Shown here piece after piece: positions 54,064 to 64,000 of a DNA stretch of 64,000 nucleotides. This stretch comes from the human T2T-CHM13v2.0 reference genome, Homo sapiens. Numbering within the stretch: the stretch's first letter is position 1; every line of letters starts with the position of its first letter. Location: assembly GCF_009914755.1 (NCBI RefSeq), contig NC_060945.1. One strand, 5' to 3'. A model generated the notes under the pieces. The model was not told the origin of the DNA. It worked only from the letters and a program-made list of their open reading frames with translations, and ran no database searches. A program made the position numbers and the translations under genes.

Positions 54064-55159
54064 TTATTTCACCAGCAGCCACTTCAGGCATATGAAGACA
54101 TGGTTATGGTGAATAGAAGTAGGCATCTCCTTTTCCATGATGTTACAGGGCTTGGTAAACCTTCAGTTATTTAGAATTAACCCTAAGGAAAAGTGCTTAA
54201 AATGACATGTTTTCCAGAGATATTATAAATATATTTTCTTCTTTTGATATAATGAGGACAAACATATTCCTTAATTTGAAATCTAGAAAAATGACTCCGT
54301 CATATGAACATTGGAGGTTTTATTTTAAAAATTGTATACTCATTCCACTGACATTTGTCTTTTTGTCCATAAAACACATGCTTTAAAAGTAAATGGTTAT
54401 TCATGTCAGTATGAATTGGGGGAATACTAATATCATAAAAAGATTTTAAGCATCACCTATGAATAAATACTGCCATAACCTTTTATAATTACCTAAATAT
54501 TGTTACCATTATATAATAAATTGATGAATGTAAAGTTTATCATATTATGGCAGATTCATAGAATAATTTTATCAAAGATATAAACCTATTCTTAATGATT
54601 CTACATGATATATTAGACAAATTTTTTTAACCTCAGGACAACACGTATTTATATTACTTTTTCTGTGTTTCACTCAATTTTTATTCTGCTATGCCAACAG
54701 CAAATAATGTTATTTGCTACTTGTATTTATGTTTTCACTTTTATTATGCCTATTTCAAAATAATTCAAAGGTTAATGCATTGAATTATTATGTACTAAAA
54801 TGAATCTAAACTACTAGACTGCTGTGAATGAAAAATAATTCTGTGTAATATATATTTAAATCATCAAGGCAGACTGATTTTAGGCTTATTTGTCATATAA
54901 ATTTAATGGGGAATGCATATGTGTGTCACAGAATCTTTCTATAATTTTTTTAAGCAAGGGCATAAAGCATATTTAGTATAATTTGATAATGTACAGATTC
55001 TAATACCTAAAAATTTAATATCTATTTCATACAAATAAAATAATTCTCACATTATTTTTAAACAGAGAATTAAAAGTACATTGTCATAGAAACAAAGGTC
55101 TAGGAAATGTAAGCTAAGTTTTTAATTACTGTCTTAATAACCATATAGCCTTGCATAAT

Positions 55160-56720
<1,561 letters not shown>

Positions 56721-56721
56721 T

Positions 56722-56995
56722 ACATATTAGTCCATTTTTATGCTGCTGATAAAAGACCTACCCAAGACTCCACATGGCTGGGGAGGCCTCACAATCATGG
56801 TGGAAGGTGAAAGGCACATCTCACATGGCAGCAGGCAAGAGAAAAAAATGAGAGCCAAGTGAAAAGGACAACCCCTTATAAAACCATCAGATCTCATGAG
56901 ACATATTCACTACCAGGAAAACAGTATGGGGGAAATCGTGCCCATTATTCAATTATATCTCCCTGAGTCTCTCTCACAACGTGTGGGAATTATGC
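56722..56995 (-). mobile_element. THE1B-like LTR, internally deleted and truncated
   Basis: tattagtccatttttatgctgctgata...ccccttataaaaccatcagatctcatgag. Confidence 0.88.
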
Positions 56996-57073
56996 TAGAA
57001 GAGTCAAACATATTTTTGATAAGCTATTAACCATTAATAGGCAAACTTATTAACTAAAACTAGAAATAATTTC

Positions 57074-57578
57074 TGTATTAGTTTGCTAGGGTTACCATTT
57101 AAAAAAAATTATAAACTGGGTGGCTTAAACAACAGACATTATTATTTCATAGGTCTGGTGGTTAGTAGTTTGAAATTAAGGCAACAGCAAAGTTGGTTCC
57201 TTCTATAGGCTGTGAGGGAGAATCTGTTCCGTGCCTCTCTTGTAGCTTCTAGTGGTTTACCAGCAATTTTTGTCATTTCTTGGTTTATAGTAGCATAACT
57301 TCAATCTTTATAAGTCATTCTCCCCTGTCTATCTATGTCCATTTTGCCCCTTTTTATGAGGATACTAGTTCTACTGATTTATGAGGACACCAGTCATTCT
57401 CCCCTATTTGCCTGTGTCCATTTTGCCCCTTTTTATGAGGACACTAGTTATATTGGTTTAGGGTTTACTCTAATAACCTCATCTTAACAGATTTAGATGC
57501 AAAAACCCCATTTACAAATAAAGTCAGTAGTGATTAGAGCTTCAATTTCTTTTGGGAGACGCAATTAAACCCACAACA
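57074..57578 (-). mobile_element. MLT1C-like LTR with internal 79-bp-period duplication
   Basis: tgtattagtttgctaggg...gggtggcttaaacaacag...aacccacaaca. Confidence 0.88.
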
Positions 57579-59224
57579 GTTCATTTTTCAAATATAGTAT
57601 ATCTCAGCTATTTAGTTAATGTCAGACCTTCAAAAGTTGAACTACTGTAACTTTTCCAAATTCACGTCATTTGCTATATGATGTGATTGGAGGTGAAAAA
57701 AGAGTTTTCTTGGTTTCTCAACCTAACCTGTTGTCCAAACCTAGTTTCCCTGAAAGTATTGCTTTGAGAATTTCAGCATGAGTCCAGTAGTTGTTAGTCT
57801 TTCCCATTTACTATTTTGGGATTTTGGGAGTGTCCTATAGGGAAGAGGTGTGATTAATAGGAACTTCTTTCTGTGGTCCTAGAAAAATATGATCCAGGGA
57901 TATGTGATTCTTTATCATGTCCTTAGCAAGAGATTATGCTTTGAAGTGACTAATTACTTTACAATTTTTCAAAATGCCTTGAAAAGAATTGCTGGTTAAC
58001 TGCAGAATTATTTCCATCTCCAACAACAAGAAATTATATAAGAAAACAAGTATTCAGGCAAAGGGCATTGCAAAGGATATCATTGTCTTCTTAAGAGACA
58101 TAAAAAACAGTGTAATGGACCTGGTTAAAGTCAACCACACAATATTAATAGTTAAAAAGGTACATGACATTTCATCAAAGGATCCACAAGCCTTTGCAAT
58201 TGCAGTAATAAGCCTTGAACACTCTTTTACACTGTGGAGTGATGAGTGAGAAAAGAGGGAATAAGGGAGTTAAATCATGTTATCTCTTATCTCTACCTCC
58301 TCCTGAATAAATTGACTTTTATTTTAAAAGCCCAGGTGTCAAGAATAGCTAATTAGCACAGACCATATGCTGAAATTAGGAGAACTGGAATAAACAATCC
58401 ATAATTATGGAGCGGTTTTTACTTTCTTTTTTTCTCCTTTGAATTTCATTTTAATATCTTATTTGATTTTATGGGCAGGGCCAAACAATTTAAAATAAGA
58501 GCTCAATGGAAAAGAAATTTCAGCTGGGGAAGCCTAGTTCACTTAATGATTTCAGCATTACTTTATACCTGATTCTTGGGCAGAGAAAGTAATATGAAGA
58601 GAACCTCGTGTCTGGCAGCTATTTTCCATGAAATAGTCTACATGACCTTAACCTTGACTAAGCATGTGTTTTCTAGATCAAGGATGCTGCTGCTGACAGA
58701 ATTTGTGAAGAAATTGGCACCTTACAAAACTTTCTTAGGTCAAAAGAAAAAATCTTTTGAAAATATGTGATGTTGAAACTACAATATAAATGATGAGACA
58801 GTGTCATCCAGTTGAAGATGGAGAAGTGGTATTTCAGGAATTGAAATCGAGCCAAGGGAAGACTTGATGTGTTTAGGGAACTAAGAGCACTTGGATAACA
58901 TACAGGAAGAGGAGAGTTTTGGGAGATTGAGGCTGGAGAGGAAATAATAAAAATGCAATAGCATCAGTCTTGCTGACATCTAATGTAAATATAAATAGTC
59001 AGTTACAGGCTACACAAGAAAATCCTGATCATACAAGATTATGCTATTCAAAATGCTTTCCCCTGCCAGGATACCCTAAGTTGAAAAGAATCCCAAAACA
59101 TAGTTATTAATATACAGATAAATGTGTCCATAGAAAGGAAATAAAGAAGAATCCTCTATTATACCATTCTTTGGAGACACAAAGAGAATGGGGACAAAGG
59201 TAAAAAAAACACACTGATCGTCAC

Positions 59225-59420
59225 TGCAAGTCTACACTGCATTAGACATTTTGTTTTGTTTGCTTGCATGAATTAGCTCATGTAATATCACAACAATCTT
59301 ATAAAGTAAATGCTATCATTATTTTCATTAAACTGTCCAAAGTTACAAAACTGGCTTATTTTATATCTGAAGTAAGAACGAAAAAACTGTGGTTCCAAAA
59401 ACTGACTAATAATCATATGC
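59225..59420. mobile_element. Probable MIR fragment
   Basis: ctcatgtaatatcacaacaatcttataaagtaaatgctatcattatt...tgtccaaagttacaaaactgg. Confidence 0.55.
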
Positions 59421-60023
59421 TCTTCCAAGAAGCAATGGTAAATTAGGAGTCTCCGTGAAAGGCAGATATATCCTGTTATTTAATACAACCCCTAATTTTA
59501 AAGGACTAACAATAACATCAGTAATTTCTGAGTGGTGAATGCTTTATTTTTTTCTTGTGATTGTCATACACTTCCCCTACATTAGAGACAATAAATGTAG
59601 TCTTGTTTGGTAAGTGAGACAAACAGAAATAGATTTACGTATGTTCCCACAGTTACTTAGTGGAAAAACTAGACAACTAATGTTTTAATTGTTAATCTAG
59701 TGTAATTCCGATTGAACCACATTAATTCAAAAAATTCCCACCAGTTGTTGTTTGGCCTAAAACACAATAATGCTGCTGACCAAAGAACACAAAATACAAA
59801 ACTTTTAAACCTTGTCTTATCCATAATTTTTATACATCTCCATAGCTCTACAACCAAAATCATCTGTCATATTGTGCTGATTTCATTCATACAAAAACAG
59901 AACTCAATGTATTTTAAGGTTATACCTTCATTATTACGTTTGGTTAAAACCTCAGCTCAATGATGATGAACTATAGTTACAGAAAATTGTCAGTTAATCT
60001 TGGTTTTAAAATTACCAGCATCT

Positions 60024-60422
<399 letters not shown>

Positions 60423-60467
60423 TCACCCTGGCTGGAGTGCAGTGGTGAAATCTCGGCTCACTGCAAC

Positions 60468-61978
60468 TGCGAGGTGGCAACGTGCTAGCAGCCTTTGCTC
60501 ACTCTCGGCACCTCCTCCGCCTCAGCATCCACTCTGGCTGCGTTTAAAAAGCACTTCAGTCCGCCGCTGCATGATGGGAGCCCCTCGCTCGCTGTGGCTG
60601 GAGCCTGCTCCCTCTGCTTGCAAGGAGGTGTGGAGGGAGAGGCGCAGGCAGGAACTGGTGCTGCGCACGGTGCTCCTGGGCCAGTGTGAGTTCCAAGTGG
60701 GCACGGGCTCAGCGGGCCCTGCACTCCGAGTGGCCGGCCAGGGCTGCTAGCCCCGGGAAGGGAGGGGCTTAGCACCCGGGCCAGCAGCTGCAGAGGGTGC
60801 CGGGTCCCCCAGCACTGCCGGCCCGCCTGCCTGCGTTTGAATTCTCCTCAGGCCTCAGCCGCCTCCCCAAGGGCAGGGCTCGGGACCTGCAGCCCACCAT
60901 GCCCGAGCCCACCCCACCATGGGCTCCCACGTGGCCCGAGCCTCCCTGGATGGGCACTGCCCCCTGCTCTGTTGCACCCGGTCACACTGACTGCCCAAGG
61001 GGTGAGGAGTGCAGGCATGCAGCGTGGGTCTGACGGGCAGCTCCGCCTGCGGCCCCAGCGCAGGATCCACTAGGCAAAGCCAGGGGGACTCCTGAATTGG
61101 GTGGGGACTTGGAGAACTTTTATGTCTAGCTGGAGGATGGTATATGCACCAATCAGCACTCTGTGTCTAGCTCGGGGTTTGCCTATGCACCAGTCAGCAC
61201 TCTGTACCTAGCTAATCTGGTGGGGACTCAGGGGAACTTTTATGTCTAGCTAGAGGATTGTAAATGCACCAGTCAGCACTCTGTGTCTAGCTCAGGGATT
61301 GTAAACGCACCAATCAGCACTCTGTAAAACGGACCAATCAGATCTCTGTAAAATGGACCAATCAGATCTCTGTAAAATGGACCAATCAGCAGGATATGGG
61401 TGGGGCCAGATAAGGGAATAAAAGCAGGCTGCCTGAGCCAGTAGCGGCAATTCCTTGGGTCTTCTTCCCTCCTGTGGAAGATTTGTTCTTTTGCTCTTCT
61501 CAATAAATTTCGCTGCTGCTCACTGTGGGTTTGCACTGCCTGTAGCAGTCACTGTAAAGGTCTGCAGCTTCACTTCTGAAGCCAGCAGGACCATGAACCC
61601 ACTGGGGGGATCGGAACAACTTCTTGCCTTTGAGAGCTGTAACAGTCACTGCAAAGGTCTGCAGCTTCACTCCTGAAGTCAGCTAAACCAGGAACCCACC
61701 AGAGGAAAGAAACTCCAGACACATCTGAACATCTGAAAGAACAAACTCAGGACACTGTCTTTAAGAACTGTAACACTCACCGTGAAGGTCTGCAGCTTCA
61801 CTTCTGAAGTCAGTGAGACGATGAACGCATCAGAAGGAAGAAACTCCGGACACGTCTGAACATCTGAAGGAACAAACACAGGACACACCATGTTTAAGAA
61901 CTGTAACACTCAACTGCGAAGGTCTGCAACTTCATTCTTGAAGTCAGCGAGACCAAGAACCCACCAATTCCAGACACA
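60468..61978 (+). mobile_element. LTR12C-like (ERV9) solo LTR
   Basis: tgcgaggtggcaacgtgctagcagcc...ccaattccagacaca; 4-bp TSD caac; GC/CpG-rich U3, caccaatcagcac repeats, U5 aaggtctgcagcttc repeats. Confidence 0.95.
61140..61450 (+). promoter_or_regulatory. LTR12 U3 enhancer/promoter: CCAAT (NF-Y) array, GATA site, AATAAAA TATA-like box
   Basis: Five intact CCAAT and two CCAGT variants, agataag near 61408, aataaaa near 61417; activity at this copy untested. Confidence 0.6.
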
Positions 61979-62839
61979 CAACCTCCGCCTCCCAGGTTCA
62001 GGCGATTCTCTTGCCTCAGCCTCCCAGTTAGCTGGGATTACAGGCGCTTGCCACCACACCCAGTTTGTGTTTTTTTTGTATTTTTAGTAGAGACGGGGTT
62101 TCACCATGTTGGCCAGGATGGTCTTGATCTCCTGCCCTCGTGATCCACCCACCTTGGCTTCCCAAAATGCTGGGATTACAAGTGTGAACCACTGCACCCG
62201 GCCTGCAAGCATCTTTGATCTTTGCAGCAGTTTGCTAATGAAATCAATAAACTTAACCTGGACTTTTATCTTCAGAATTATTTCCAATAGTTTTAATTAA
62301 ACATTTTGCTAGCATTAATAATTCACTTTTTTTTTAGTGGATAAATTAACACATGTTAACTGCTTATGGCTAACAGATGTAGTGTTAACAAAACTCTAGT
62401 TTCCAAAGTAATTTTGTCTTTTGTCGCTGATTTCAGAAAGTATCAACTCTTGAAATGAAGACAGATGAAACCATTTTAGGAAAAAATAAATAGGAAAAAA
62501 GAGGCATTAATCATCAAAACAAAAAGATCTGAGCATAAGAACAAATATTGTGGTAAGAAAAGTTTGATAGAAGAGCAAATATTTGGCAAGAAAAATTTAC
62601 CATTGTTTCCTGGAAGGGCATAGTGATTAAAATCTCATCTTTGGGGACCAGACTTTTTAAATTTTTTGTGTCTCCTAAAAAGAAGGTTTGTTTTCATTAT
62701 GCATTTTATTTTTCTATTTTCAAGTCATTCTAAATAAAATTAGGAACAAAATATAAGTTTTATGGTTCCTATGCTTCGTCTATATTTAAAAATATATTTT
62801 AAAAAACTTATATTTTCTAAAAATTAAAAGGAGGCATAC

Positions 62840-63555
62840 TGTAACTACCTGATGGATTCTTCTTGCCCACTGTACAGACAAAATCAATCTAATAAGAACA
62901 TGGCATTCAATGAAAGAAAGATTTTAGTTGATGCAAAGCTGGCCAAAACATGCAGGAGATGGAGTTTTTACTTATATCAATCTCCTTGAAGGCTGGAAGG
63001 TTAGGGGTTTTTCAAACATAGGTTAGTGGGCAGAGGGTATGGGGAGTGCTGAATTCTAAGTTTGGAGATGAAATCATAGGGAGTTGGAGCTGTTCTCATG
63101 CACTGAGTCGGTTCCAGGGTGAGGGCCACAGGACGAGTTGATAAGTCTGGGTTGGTCCATTTGGTTGGCAGAAATGCGAAAACCTAAGAAGACATCTCAA
63201 AAGGCCAATCCTAGGTTCTACAATAGTCATGTCATCTGCAGGAGTAATTAGGGAAGTTGCAAATCTTGGGACCTCCAGTCCATGGCTGGTTAATTATTTA
63301 ACTACACCTACATCTTAGTAGAATTCATGTCCTTCTCATTCTCCTAACTTGGTGGCCTTTCATTGGTTTCACAAGGGCAGTTTAGTTCTTGGGAAGGGCT
63401 ATTATCATTCAAACTATAAAATAAATTTCTCCCAAAGATAGCTTGGACCATGCCCAGCAATGAGCAAATATAACCAACCTGTGAGACTACAAGCAAGATG
63501 GAGTCAGCTGTTCAGAATTCTCTTACTGTCATAATTTTGCAAAGGCATTTTTTCA
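62840..63555 (-). mobile_element. LTR8A/B-like ERV1 solo LTR
   Basis: Reverse complement starts tgaaaaaatgcctttgcaaaattatgacag; perfect 4-bp TSD atac (62836-39, 63556-59). Confidence 0.88.
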
Positions 63556-63652
63556 ATACCTTTTAATAAATTGATAAGCTGTATTTTTTTGTAGATGTTT
63601 CAGTTTTCTAGTTATAAAATTATTTGAGCAACATATTAAGTACTCAGACACA

Positions 63653-63756
63653 GTTAAAGTAAAAATACTAATATTTATTAATGTCTACTTTTTTCTTAAC
63701 TCGTTAAAGTAAAAATACTAATATTTATTAATAAATGTCTACTTTTTTCTTAACTA
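63653..63756. repeat. 50-bp tandem duplication
   Basis: gttaaagtaaaaatactaatatttattaat(aaat)gtctacttttttcttaact x2. Confidence 0.95.
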
Positions 63757-63776
63757 GGTTGCTTATCTGAAAGAAG

Positions 63777-64000
63777 GAAACCGCCTTTGCAGAAGTGAAA
63801 GAAACCTAACTTAACTGACTCCATCTTGCTTCTACCTTCCAAGCTGTCCTTGTTCATTCCGGGCATAGGCTGAACAAACTTTGGGAGAAACCTAGTTTAT
63901 AGTTTATAGTTTAAACAAAGATGGTAACAGCCCTTTTCCAAAGCGGACCTCCTTCTTGTCTGGGAACTAGAGTGCCTTTGTAGGACTAATATTAGCCACA
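63777..64000 (+). mobile_element. LTR8 (ERV1), runs off the right edge
   Basis: gaaaccgcctttgca...gactccatcttgcttctaccttccaagctgtccttgttcattcc. Confidence 0.9.

Noticed and set aside
61120-61960. Regularly spaced repeats resembling a CRISPR array
   Set aside because: Intrinsic LTR12 U3 and U5 tandem repeats; the spacers are themselves repeated, the context is eukaryotic and there are no cas genes

Overview
Primate (human/ape-like) AT-rich, repeat-dense intergenic or deep-intronic DNA. No protein-coding gene, RNA gene or CRISPR array can be supported. The supplied ORFs lie in decayed L1 ORF2, Alu or LTR sequence, or are short AT-rich frames of chance length. The window holds 28 Alus (20 minus, 8 plus), three larger decayed L1s (one with a twin-priming inversion), older L1M/L2/MIR fragments and DNA-transposon fossils (Tigger2a, MER44, Charlie1a, MER45, MER5). 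It also holds many LTRs: MER39-like x2, LTR28-like, MER50, LTR12C, LTR8-like x2, MSTD, MLT1C/D, MLT2 with an ERVL-internal remnant, and THE1 x2. Repeat subfamily names come from recalled consensus sequences and need RepeatMasker/Dfam confirmation; coordinates of old elements are approximate. I found no convincing new biological system. The best leads are a candidate TATA plus two-exon spliced cassette in unique sequence at ~18.0-18.3 kb, and an LTR12C solo LTR inserted into an Alu of a tail-to-tail inverted pair next to a head-to-head LTR8 pair (60-64 kb).
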